58,486 nt of DNA. Origin: a virus. Taxonomy: Duplodnaviria; Caudoviricetes. The translations under genes and the position numbers were made by a program. The DNA lies in the IMG/VR virus record IMGVR_UViG_3300032246_000177, positions 1 through 58,486 of that record; one strand, given 5' to 3'. A model generated the notes under the pieces. That model was not told the origin of the DNA. It was given only the letters and a program-made list of their open reading frames with translations, and did not search any database. Below are positions 18,979-27,477 of the stretch, piece by piece. The number at the start of each line of letters is the position of its first letter. Position 1 is the stretch's first letter.

Positions 18979-19838
18979 ATTTGCGTCACATTCTCACAAG
19001 ATTTACAGATGCTGCATTTAGAAAACTTAGGCTCTTCATTAATCTCAATCAAATCTAATAAGGGTTTACCCTTAAATATCTCTTCATAGGTCTGAGTTAA
19101 TAGATTACCGATAATATGCTTAAGGTTGTAATCCATACAACAAAGCACAACGTCACCATTAGGTAGCAAAACGTTTCGATCATAGAACGGGGTACTCCTA
19201 CAAGTTAATGAAAAAGAATTAATGGGGGTAAGACTAAGGACTTGGCCAGCTACTTGCTCAGTATTCAAGCTATCCGCCCGTGTATGCCCTTGCCAACCTG
19301 GAAGCTTTCCTATCAGCGACTGAAGCTCAGGATGTACTAAGCCAGAGCTATCCATTGTCATCGCTCCAACGCCACAAGGAACATTGGTATGAGACATTAC
19401 CGCAGCAGCATTTAACCACTCTTCGCTGTTTTTCCAGCCTTTCATATTGCCGTTAGCGTCGGGAAGGTGCAACATAATCACATCTACTTGACTAGGATGA
19501 TCCTCTAATACTTTGCGGACTCGCTCAGGATCCGTCATGCCGTATAGAGTACTGTAAATAGCAATGTTAAATCCCATGTATAGAACGGTCTCTAGCATCT
19601 CCGTACAGTGCGGGTTAGCCCAAGGCTCAGACATACCGGAGAAGTCGATCCTAGTGTCTTTTGGTAGCTTTGAGAGTACTGTTACTAGGTCTCTGGGTTG
19701 TAAATACTTTTCGCTATTGCCATAACTATCCCGTAAGTTTTCTTGCGGACAAAAAGTACACATCAATGGGCAACCGATCATTGTGGTCAGCTCCATTACT
19801 GGGCCTTCAAAATGTTTAATGCCGTACTTCTCTTTCAT
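18975..19838 (-). CDS. Radical SAM protein with SPASM/twitch domain
   Basis: CPLMCTFC (CxxxCxxC), SGMSEP, NGDVVLCC..D...IGNL and CSICKSC. Confidence 0.85.
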   Translation of the reverse strand: MKEKYGIKHFEGPVMELTTMIGCPLMCTFCPQENLRDSYGNSEKYLQPRDLVTVLSKLPKDTRIDFSGMSEPWANPHCTEMLETVLYMGFNIAIYSTLYGMTDPERVRKVLEDHPSQVDVIMLHLPDANGNMKGWKNSEEWLNAAAVMSHTNVPCGVGAMTMDSSGLVHPELQSLIGKLPGWQGHTRADSLNTEQVAGQVLSLTPINSFSLTCRSTPFYDRNVLLPNGDVVLCCMDYNLKHIIGNLLTQTYEEIFKGKPLLDLIEINEEPKFSKCSICKSCENVTQI

Positions 19839-20560
19839 TTGTACATTCCTTCTGGTAAAGGGCGGTCTGGTTTGTCTAAGACATTAGGCATGTCCAATGG
19901 GTGTGGAAACTCTGTGCAAAATCCTGTTGCTGGTGAGCGGTCTTTGCGTAAGAAAGTTAGTTCAAATACGGTAGGCATTAAAAACCCATCAATGTCAATG
20001 AATTGGCAGTTGTTGTTTGGGTGGTTATGAACTACATGGAAATCTTGTAATAACTTGTGAAAGAAAGTTTGGACTATATCCCAAGCAAGAGGGTTGTTAA
20101 ACCAGTTTTGTACATCGTGTATTTCAATCGCCATAATCCTAAAGTTACATAGTACTTCCGATGGTGTGCTGAGTATCGTTACATACTCTGCGCCCTCAAT
20201 ATCCATCTGAAGAATCAAGTCGTCGCTGGAATAAGAATTGCTAAACATCCAGTCTGATAGGGTCATATAGCCTTCAGTATTTACGCCATCTAAATACTTC
20301 TTGGTAAAGGATGCTACTTCCAATCCATCAGGAGGTGCATCTACTGAAGCATCTGCAAGGTGAGACTTAATACCACGCCCAAGAAGATCTTTCTCAAAGT
20401 TGGCAGTTACATCTACGCCAGGCGAGAAACAGGCTGTAATGCCCTCTAAATCGTCTGGAATTAAATATCCACCATCGTTATTTCCGCCAATACGTACCAG
20501 CTCAAAATTAGTCTTTACTGGCCTAATTGATTGAATAAGATCTTTTAATTGGTTAATCAT
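19835..20560 (-). CDS. FkbM-like SAM methyltransferase
   Basis: RIGGNNDGGY, LQMDIEGAE, IEIH and HPNN motifs. Confidence 0.8.
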   Translation of the reverse strand: MINQLKDLIQSIRPVKTNFELVRIGGNNDGGYLIPDDLEGITACFSPGVDVTANFEKDLLGRGIKSHLADASVDAPPDGLEVASFTKKYLDGVNTEGYMTLSDWMFSNSYSSDDLILQMDIEGAEYVTILSTPSEVLCNFRIMAIEIHDVQNWFNNPLAWDIVQTFFHKLLQDFHVVHNHPNNNCQFIDIDGFLMPTVFELTFLRKDRSPATGFCTEFPHPLDMPNVLDKPDRPLPEGMYK

Positions 20561-21420
20561 TGAACTATATTTCTCACAAAATCTAATGCGTTATCAAGGC
20601 TGGGTTCTTCCCAAAGAAGTGGCTTAGTATACATAGCCTCGTAAAGTTCTTTGCTTTCATCAATAGCCTGAATAGTTTGAACAAACCAGTTCATATCCTT
20701 GGTGTTCATATAGTTCAGATATGCACCCTCATGGAAATCACAATCAGCCGACATGGTTCCGCTATAGATAGGTATAGTATCGCCCGCATAGGCGTCTAAT
20801 AACTTCTCGGTAATGTATCCATCATAGATAGAGTTTTCAGGGCAGAGGCAGAACTTATACTGTGGCAACACAGAAAACTTAGATTCACGCAATGAGTTAC
20901 CAAACATATTGCCGTAACCATGTACGGGTTTATACTTAGATATAGAGTTGTACAAGTTAATGCGTAACCCTTCGGGGTTGCCAGCGATCATGGCGCAAAA
21001 CTTATCTTTCTTAGCCCAATCAACTACCCTTGGCTTAGTCAATGGCTCAATCTTAATCAATGGTTCATATCCATGATTGTGTGCATTTGGTCTGCGTGGT
21101 TTCTGCTCAAAATCAGGCCAAGCTAACCGTGAATACCATAAAGGTAATCGAAAATTACGTCCACCATAACTGTCATAGTCAAAAGACAGAGAATGATCAT
21201 AGCCCAAGTAGCTAGGTCGAATATTCTCTCCAATGTACGCAATAGTTTTTCGTGGATCATATTGAGCATTTCCAAAGACTGAGGTTACGATAAGGTCTGC
21301 TTCGTATGGATTGTTTGTATATTCAAACCCACCCAGAGCTTGTTGGAAAAAGTATTCAAAAAAGTCTCCATCAAAGCCGCCGTCCCAAAAGTTAATTACG
21401 CATAGCTTTTTCATTAGCAA
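20557..21420 (-). CDS. Alpha-1,3/4-fucosyltransferase-like protein (GT10)
   Basis: YKFCLCPENS..DGYITEKL..A....IPIY is the GT10 alpha-1,3-FucT motif. Confidence 0.85.
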   Translation of the reverse strand: MLMKKLCVINFWDGGFDGDFFEYFFQQALGGFEYTNNPYEADLIVTSVFGNAQYDPRKTIAYIGENIRPSYLGYDHSLSFDYDSYGGRNFRLPLWYSRLAWPDFEQKPRRPNAHNHGYEPLIKIEPLTKPRVVDWAKKDKFCAMIAGNPEGLRINLYNSISKYKPVHGYGNMFGNSLRESKFSVLPQYKFCLCPENSIYDGYITEKLLDAYAGDTIPIYSGTMSADCDFHEGAYLNYMNTKDMNWFVQTIQAIDESKELYEAMYTKPLLWEEPSLDNALDFVRNIVQ

Positions 21421-21680
21421 CGCCCATCCACATCAGTATCTTTTTTCTTTTTCTTTTTTAACTCAATCTTTTCTGATTGGCGATTAAGAGCCATAATCTC
21501 AGCAGCTAACAAATCTAACTTGTCGCTAAGACTTGTAAGCATGTCTACTGCCGCCCAAGCCGCCCCGCTTTCTGCATTATCAGAAAGACTAGTAGCTATT
21601 AACTCCACAACCATTGCTGCGCTATGTACCTTGTAACCTACTTCGCTAACCTCGTTAGCCTTCTCCCACAAACCGTCCAT
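21414..21680 (-). CDS. Hypothetical protein
   Basis: Likely start MDGLWEK. Confidence 0.55.
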   Translation of the reverse strand: MDGLWEKANEVSEVGYKVHSAAMVVELIATSLSDNAESGAAWAAVDMLTSLSDKLDLLAAEIMALNRQSEKIELKKKKKKDTDVDGRC

Positions 21681-21840
21681 CTTCTCGCTCCTTTGCTGGT
21701 TTAAAAATGTAGAACAAATCGCCATTGTTCCTTTGGATAATTTTCCGTTGCTTATCTCTGTCGTCCACATAGTCTTTTAAGTAGTAAGTAATACTGTTAT
21801 CTAATTTAAAACTTTCCTCTTTACGTCTGTTAGCCATCAT
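21655..21840 (-). CDS. Hypothetical protein
   Basis: Likely start M(M)ANRRK. Confidence 0.45.
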   Translation of the reverse strand: MMANRRKEESFKLDNSITYYLKDYVDDRDKQRKIIQRNNGDLFYIFKPAKEREDGRFVGEG

Positions 21841-21907
21841 CTGCCTTTCATAAACAGAAAGATTACATAACAGGTGCAAAATACCATCACCGCAATGATT
21901 ATCTCTA

Positions 21908-22105
21908 TCACTTGCTTTGATCCTTTGCCCATTCATCCATAGCTTTATCAAACAGACGTTGCATTTCGGCAATTTCTTTTGCTTGATTTTCAATTACCCT
22001 AGCTGCAGTAATTACTAAAGCAGAACCAGCAATTTCATTGTCTTGCATATCGTTAAATAGCTTGTCAAGTTCTTTTACAAATACTTCAATGTCTAAATGT
22101 TTCAT
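21908..22105 (-). CDS. Hypothetical protein
   Basis: ATGA-coupled ORF. Confidence 0.55.
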   Translation of the reverse strand: MKHLDIEVFVKELDKLFNDMQDNEIAGSALVITAARVIENQAKEIAEMQRLFDKAMDEWAKDQSK

Positions 22106-22371
22106 TTCTCTTGTGCCTTTCTTAATATTGCTCTAGCAAACTCCAATACATTAGGGCAAAAATTACCCCATTCTTGCGCTATTTCCTCATCTGTTAGTGT
22201 CTTTGCTGGATGGGTGTAGAGTGGAATAATTGTTCCATGATTCCAATGTGGAACATTTTTAGTACATTCATCAATTTCTTTTTGCAATTCTTCTTTGCTT
22301 TGAGAAATATTGCCAAACTCGCAAACACTATCGTCATATTTAATAATCCACGCTACTGGTTCATTGTTCAT
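22102..22371 (-). CDS. Hypothetical protein (EPVAW...PLYTHP...LTDEEI type)
   Basis: Motif pattern common in proteobacterial phage early regions. Confidence 0.65.
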   Translation of the reverse strand: MNNEPVAWIIKYDDSVCEFGNISQSKEELQKEIDECTKNVPHWNHGTIIPLYTHPAKTLTDEEIAQEWGNFCPNVLEFARAILRKAQEK

Positions 22372-22730
22372 TTTGTTATAAACCCTCTTCTCTCAAGCTC
22401 TTCAATAATGTCTGCCATTACTTCGGTTGGTACTTCTGCGTTTTCCCAAGCCAGTATCTGATTACGCATCTTTTCTGCCTCTTCACGATGTAACTGCACC
22501 AAGTCTACAAGCTGTCCATTTGTGTCTTTCACTTCCTCAACACGCTTTTTTAACGCCTCTATTTCAGCTTGTTGCCCCTCAATGACATCAAGCTGGCGCT
22601 TTTCCCATTGTTGCAGGTTGTTGATTTGCTCTTGTTGCTGGCGTAGCATGGTGGCTGCATCAGCAAATGCTTTCCAATTCAAAGTCTTGGCATCAAAGTC
22701 AAGTAAATCAGCTAGTTCATTTGCGTTCAT
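22368..22730 (-). CDS. Coiled-coil hypothetical protein
   Basis: MNANELAD...AATMLRQQ. Confidence 0.6.
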   Translation of the reverse strand: MNANELADLLDFDAKTLNWKAFADAATMLRQQQEQINNLQQWEKRQLDVIEGQQAEIEALKKRVEEVKDTNGQLVDLVQLHREEAEKMRNQILAWENAEVPTEVMADIIEELERRGFITK

Positions 22731-22731
22731 A

Positions 22732-22923
22732 TCAGTGGGATGTCGGTACGTTTTCAATCTCACGCTCTGCAAGCATGGCATCAGCCAACTCATAGGCTCT
22801 CTTGGCGGCTATTTCATCCCAGGTCTTTCCACTGGATAAATCAAACTTCCAGTCACCGGAACACATGCCGCTCATTACTTTGGCAGCAAAATAATCACGC
22901 AATCTGCGTTGTCTATCAGTCAT
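22732..22923 (-). CDS. Hypothetical protein (LRDYFAAK type)
   Basis: LRDYFAAK...AYELADAMLAER. Confidence 0.7.
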   Translation of the reverse strand: MTDRQRRLRDYFAAKVMSGMCSGDWKFDLSSGKTWDEIAAKRAYELADAMLAEREIENVPTSH

Positions 22924-22926
22924 TTC

Positions 22927-23523
22927 TTATTCCTCAATTAATTGTTGTAATTCATTAGATCTGGATGGGTGTCTCATCTTGCGTAATGCCTTGGCTTCAA
23001 TTTGCCTAATTCTTTCTGCAGTACAACCCATCTCTTGCGCAACATCACGTAAACTTTGCTCGTTGCCGTTAATACCAAACCTTTTTCCAAGAACCATTTG
23101 CTCTGTAAATGTAAGGGTTTTTAAAGTTTTAGCTATAATTGATACTTTTTCTTTTTCAAAAACTTCAGCGTCTGGTTCTTTCATTTCAATTAAATCTATT
23201 GGATCCATTGCCAAAGCTGCAAGAACTTCTGTGCCTGACATTGCACCTTCTGCGCTATTGTTTTTAAGTCTCATACTAAGTTGTTCGTTAGTCCATAGGT
23301 CTGTTGGACAAGCCCCTAATACCTCCATCATTGTTTGCGCAACATCTGTAAATGTTCCATCATTGCGTATGGGGCAAACACGTAAACCAACCAATGCCGT
23401 AACATGGGTGTCTGTTAACCCAGCAGCCCTAGCAAACTCTGCTTGAGATTTATAGCCAGCATCCTCAATTGCTGATAGCAACAAGTTATTTCTAACCGTT
23501 ACTTTTACTCTATACTCTTTCAT
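22927..23523 (-). CDS. XRE-like HTH fused to an RpoD region-4-like domain
   Basis: [11 protein letters not shown] at the N-terminus; [20 protein letters not shown] at the C-terminus. Confidence 0.8.
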   Translation of the reverse strand: [198 protein letters not shown]

Positions 23524-23543
23524 ATATTTCTCCTCTTGTTGCG

Positions 23544-23572
23544 ACTATAATCACAGTTATGAATACAGTCAA
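23544..23572 (-). promoter_or_regulatory. Sigma70 promoter of the leftward middle operon
   Basis: TTGACT-17-TATAGT on the minus strand, followed by an AGAGGAG RBS. Confidence 0.75.
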
Positions 23573-23607
23573 TACATCGTACCCACTTTAATGCAATTTA
23601 TTTATTA

Positions 23608-23958
23608 GTGATTACCCTAAAGCTACCTTACCCGTGTTCCGTTAATTCTTATTGGCTAACATCTGGTAAAAGGCGTTACATTTCCAAGCGAGGTATGGCC
23701 TTCAAAGCGTCAGCAGCAGAGGCATGTAATGGACTAACTGGATTTGGAAGTGATCCAGTAGAAGTGTCAATCGTGTTGTATCCACGAGACAAAAGACTAC
23801 TCGACATAGATAACATCTGTAAATGTATTCTAGATTCATTACAAGGGTATCTTTATGATGATGACCAACAGGTCTGGAAACTGACCGTTGAGCGAGCCGA
23901 AAAGATTAAAGGCGGTGGATGTGATGTGACCATCAAGCCATACTTTCATGCGGCATGA
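23608..23958 (+). CDS. rusA: RusA-like Holliday junction resolvase
   Basis: LPYPCSVNSYW, DIDNICKCILDSL and DDQQV motifs. Confidence 0.85.
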   Translation: MITLKLPYPCSVNSYWLTSGKRRYISKRGMAFKASAAEACNGLTGFGSDPVEVSIVLYPRDKRLLDIDNICKCILDSLQGYLYDDDQQVWKLTVERAEKIKGGGCDVTIKPYFHAA

Positions 23959-24009
23959 AGGCATGAAACTTTACAATAATTGCAAAAAACTTTACAAAAA
24001 GTGCATGAA
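23945..24009. repeat. Short repeat cluster
   Basis: GCATGAA x4 (one inverted) and AAACTTTACAA x2. Confidence 0.55.
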
Positions 24010-24089
24010 ATTTTAATAAATGATGCGTCTCATTCTCATTTACTAGGTTCCTTTTGGGAACTTAGGGTTAACCCTGATAACTATTAACA

Positions 24090-24105
24090 CTGTATGGATG
24101 TACAG
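24090..24105. promoter_or_regulatory. LexA (SOS) box
   Basis: CTGTATGGATGTACAG = CTGT-N8-ACAG, intergenic. Confidence 0.65.
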
Positions 24106-24135
24106 TAGTTTTACTTTTCCTCGGTAGGGTGTTTG

Positions 24136-24169
24136 GGGGTGGCATCACGGAGCCACTCCCATTTTTTTT
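24136..24169 (+). terminator. Rho-independent terminator
   Basis: GGGGGTGGC-loop-GCCACTCCC followed by a T-tract. Confidence 0.65.
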
Positions 24170-24201
24170 GCATCTGGTAAATTTACCACATAGGTGTATA
24201 A

Positions 24202-24218
24202 TTGTTGCATTGCAACAA
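24202..24218. promoter_or_regulatory. Palindromic operator (PhaR-like core) immediately after a TATAAT -10
   Basis: TTGTTGCA-T-TGCAACAA; TATAAT at 24197-24202. Confidence 0.5.
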
Positions 24219-24252
24219 AAGTAGCGTATGTTACACAATTTTAGGAGAACTA

Positions 24253-24378
24253 CATGTTTACATTTGACGATCAGTACAAGAAGGTTGAGCAGTTGGCTGA
24301 GCATTACAAACAAATCAATGATTTTTGGATTCACTCAGTTTTATCAAGCTTAAAAACTTTCTTTAAAGTAGGTAAGTA
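24253..24378 (+). CDS. Small amphipathic-helix protein (41 aa, not in ORF track)
   Basis: AGGAG RBS, own -10 element and terminator. MFTFDDQYKKVEQLAEHYKQINDFWIHSVLSSLKTFFKVGK. Confidence 0.7.
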
Positions 24379-24392
24379 ATGGCGTAAGCCAC

Positions 24393-24423
24393 GGGGTGAG
24401 CAGAAACTGCTTGCCCCTTTTTT
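24393..24423 (+). terminator. Rho-independent terminator
   Basis: GGGGTGAGCAG-AAA-CTGCTTGCCCC-TTTTTT. Confidence 0.8.
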
Positions 24424-24489
24424 ATTTGTGTTATAGTTTTACTAACAGAAGGAAACTTTGGACGGTTTTCTTATGTTACAATCACGACC

Positions 24490-24785
24490 AAAGCCTCATA
24501 CACATGGGGTCTGCGCCTAGTTTTCTTATGCTTGGTTGGTCGGTGACAAACATAAGCGAATGTCCAAACGTAGACTCCAGTTGTATGGGGCTTTTTCTTT
24601 TGTGGTTTATCCTGGACGGCAGAGAAACACCAGCGGGATAGATACAAGCGCTACTGGGGAAGTAGATGTAAGAGCGCAATATCGGTGGCGAAGCTTAGTG
24701 CCGATTCTACGAACGACTGGCGAGTGCTGTGGCTCCGAAAGGTAACAGTTAAAGGCGCACTGCTAGGGCGTAGTGCGCTCACCAA
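24490..24785 (+). ncRNA. Candidate structured non-coding RNA region (long hairpin plus multi-branch domain)
   Basis: Several nested stems with G-U pairs and a GAAA loop; no convincing ORF. Confidence 0.45.
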
Positions 24786-24828
24786 AAGGTAACATGGGCT
24801 TACGTAAGAAAGCAATAGAAAGAGAGCA

Positions 24829-25014
24829 ATGGACTTAAGAGAAGAAATACGAAAGCAAGCCGGGGTAATCCCCGATGCGGTACAAAAAGGATCGGTGCAA
24901 ACTACGATCAGGTGGAAAGAAAGAGCGATGAACGCTTTAAGAACCGCCAATAACCCTAAAGCAACCGAGCGAGACCTGAAAATGGCTTTCGCTGAACTAA
25001 TGAGGAATGTATGA
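24829..25014 (+). CDS. Hypothetical protein
   Basis: ATGA-coupled to the ParB-like gene. Confidence 0.6.
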   Translation: MDLREEIRKQAGVIPDAVQKGSVQTTIRWKERAMNALRTANNPKATERDLKMAFAELMRNV

Positions 25015-25811
25015 AACTATCAGAAATTACACTTGACCCCGAACTTCAATCCCGTGAAACATTAAATCAGGATACGATCAATGATTATTCCGAGAAGATC
25101 AGAGAGGGAGTTAAATTCCCAGCCCTTAAGGTATACCGAGTTGGATCTCGCTATTATCTCGTTGATGGATGGCACCGCTACTTTGCTTATAAGAAGGCTG
25201 GCATAGTTGATGTAGAGGTTGTTGTCATTGAAGGTACTAAGCGTGATGCATTACTGGCATCTACTGGTGTTAACAAAGATCACGGACTTCCACCAAATCG
25301 TGCTGACAGACGCCGTGCAGTATTAAAATTACTGGACGATATGGAGTGGTCTACTTGGAGCAATCGTGAGATCGCAGATCAGACTGGTGTAACCCATCCA
25401 ACCGTGATGGCTATCCGTGAATCTTTAGGTAAGCCACAACCTGAAGTAGTTAAGTTCGAACGAAACGGAAAAGAATTTCAGCAAACAGTTAAGGCAAAAG
25501 ATGACGAGCAAAGAGTACCAACACAACCCGTTGAAGAGGATAAACTCCATGAGTTGGCAGTTGAAATTCAAGCCTTGGCTGAGGAGAACGAGCGACTCGA
25601 AGCCAGAGTTGCGGTCGCTGCTATGGAAGGTACGGCTACAGAGAAAGGGGCTGCTCAAGCTATCATTGAGGAGCTTCAAGCTACGGTTAAGACTCAAGAA
25701 ATTGCGATCCGTTCATTAACCATTAGCCGTGATACTTTCCAAAACAAATGCTCAGAATTAATGAAGCAAGTTACTTACTGGAAAAAGCAAGCACAAAAAA
25801 TGGCAGCGTAA
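25011..25811 (+). CDS. ParB/Srx N-terminal domain protein with HTH and coiled coil
   Basis: YYLVDGWHRYFA and WSNREIADQTGVTHPTV. Confidence 0.8.
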   Translation: MKLSEITLDPELQSRETLNQDTINDYSEKIREGVKFPALKVYRVGSRYYLVDGWHRYFAYKKAGIVDVEVVVIEGTKRDALLASTGVNKDHGLPPNRADRRRAVLKLLDDMEWSTWSNREIADQTGVTHPTVMAIRESLGKPQPEVVKFERNGKEFQQTVKAKDDEQRVPTQPVEEDKLHELAVEIQALAEENERLEARVAVAAMEGTATEKGAAQAIIEELQATVKTQEIAIRSLTISRDTFQNKCSELMKQVTYWKKQAQKMAA

Positions 25812-25863
25812 ATAGGGGTATACCTCTATTAAAAAGCAGTCATAAAAGCAGTAAAGTTTACAT

Positions 25864-25948
25864 GGGGTGAACGCAACAAAGTCGGCTCGGCGACTCTAAA
25901 AAACCTGTACCTTATTTACGGCTTCACATGGCCGTTGTTAGTAACCCC
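25864..25948 (+). ncRNA. Candidate structured RNA with loop-E (GAA/AGUA) motif
   Basis: GGGGT-GAA...AGTA-ACCCC encloses two hairpins. Confidence 0.45.
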
Positions 25949-25986
25949 CCGAATGCAAGCGGTTTCTTGCTAGAACAGGAGTATAA

Positions 25987-27477
25987 GTGTTACAACTGCG
26001 TGAGCATCAATTAGAAGTAGTGCAAAAAATTAAAGAAGGATTTGAGCAAGGCCATACACGGCAATTGCTATATGCTCCAACAGGATTTGGTAAGACAGAA
26101 GTAGCAATGTCTATCATGAAGACTGTTGCAGACGATTACAAAAAGACAGCGATGGTATTAGACCGCATTGTCTTAATCGACCAAACCAGTATGCGTTTAT
26201 CTAAGTATGGTATTGAGCATGGAGTCATGCAAGCCAAACACTGGAGAGAGCGTCCATACGAAAGAATTCAGATCTGCTCTGCTCAAACGCTAGAGCGTAG
26301 ATCATCCTTCCCCGATATTGAGTTGCTAATCATTGACGAATGCCACATTGCTCGTACCAAGACAACTGAATTCATCAAAAACAATCCGCATATCAAAGTT
26401 ATTGGACTGACTGCAACCCCTTTTACCAAGGGGCTTGGAGACATTTATACCCATGTTGTGGGCGCCACACCTACTGGTGATTTGATTGAAAAGGGTTGGC
26501 TTACTAAACTGCGTGTCTTTATTGCTAAAGAAATTGATATGACAGGCGTATCTAAGGTAGCCGGTGAATGGTCTGCTGGTGATACAACCAAGCGTGGTAT
26601 GCAGATTACAGGCGATATTGTTGACGAATGGGAAAAGAAAACGCACGAAGTATTTGGTGGCCCACGAAAGACGATTGTCTTTTGTTCAGGCGTTGAGCAT
26701 GGGCGAGATCTTGTAGAAGAGTTTGCAAAACATGGGTACAACTTTGTTTCTATTTCTTATAAAGAAGAAGACGAATTTAAACGACAGGCTATTGAAGACT
26801 TTAGTCGCCCAGACACACAAATTCATGGACTGATTGCTACTGACATTTTGACTCGTGGATTTGATATATCCGATGTCATGATTGGTGTATCAGCCCGTCC
26901 ATTTTCTAAGTCTTTGTCATCCCATGTCCAGCAACTTGGGCGTGTAATGCGTCCACACGAAGGCAAAGACTTTGCATTGTGGCTTGATCACTCAGGTAAC
27001 TTTTTGCGTTTCCGTGATGATTGGGATCGTCTTTATACCGAAGGTGTGCAGACTTTAGCAGAAGGCGGTTCAGAGAAAGCTAAACGAGAACCGACAGAGA
27101 AAGAAAAGAAAGAAGCTAAGTGTCCAGTTTGCGTGGAGCTATGGGTATCTAAGACTAATACTTGCCATTCTTGCGGCCATGTGAGACCTAGCAGAAGCAT
27201 GGTTGATAGCGTAGCTGGACAACTAGAAGAACTAGAAGCGGCTAATCGTAAGTTGCATAAATCTAATACTGAATTTTATGCGGAGTTAATTTATTACGGT
27301 CGCCTTAAAGGTTACAAAGAAGGCTGGGCCGCATACAAATACAAAGAAAAGTTTGCAGTCTTTCCAGGTGGATTGAATGTATCACCTAAACCACCAACAC
27401 CCGAGACTTTGCGCTGGATTAAGAGTAGGTTTATTGCATACGGTAAGAGTAAAGCACAACAAGGAGTAACGGCATGA
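25987..27477 (+). CDS. Superfamily 2 helicase (DExH) with zinc finger
   Basis: APTGFGKT, DECH, TATP, QQLGRVMR, CPVC...CHSC; AGGAG RBS and GTG start. Confidence 0.9.
   Translation: MLQLREHQLEVVQKIKEGFEQGHTRQLLYAPTGFGKTEVAMSIMKTVADDYKKTAMVLDRIVLIDQTSMRLSKYGIEHGVMQAKHWRERPYERIQICSAQTLERRSSFPDIELLIIDECHIARTKTTEFIKNNPHIKVIGLTATPFTKGLGDIYTHVVGATPTGDLIEKGWLTKLRVFIAKEIDMTGVSKVAGEWSAGDTTKRGMQITGDIVDEWEKKTHEVFGGPRKTIVFCSGVEHGRDLVEEFAKHGYNFVSISYKEEDEFKRQAIEDFSRPDTQIHGLIATDILTRGFDISDVMIGVSARPFSKSLSSHVQQLGRVMRPHEGKDFALWLDHSGNFLRFRDDWDRLYTEGVQTLAEGGSEKAKREPTEKEKKEAKCPVCVELWVSKTNTCHSCGHVRPSRSMVDSVAGQLEELEAANRKLHKSNTEFYAELIYYGRLKGYKEGWAAYKYKEKFAVFPGGLNVSPKPPTPETLRWIKSRFIAYGKSKAQQGVTA

Noticed and set aside
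23551-23568. Possible SOS box in the leftward promoter
   Set aside because: Only one good half-site (CTGTAT); lacks CTG-N10-CAG symmetry.
24068-24950. Track ORFs 24068-24334, 24396-24641, 24482-24679, 24536-24745 and 24651-24950
   Set aside because: They overlap terminators, operators and hairpins, lack good RBSs, and have atypical composition.
25864-25948. tRNA
   Set aside because: No TTCRA T-loop, D-arm or 7-nt anticodon loop.
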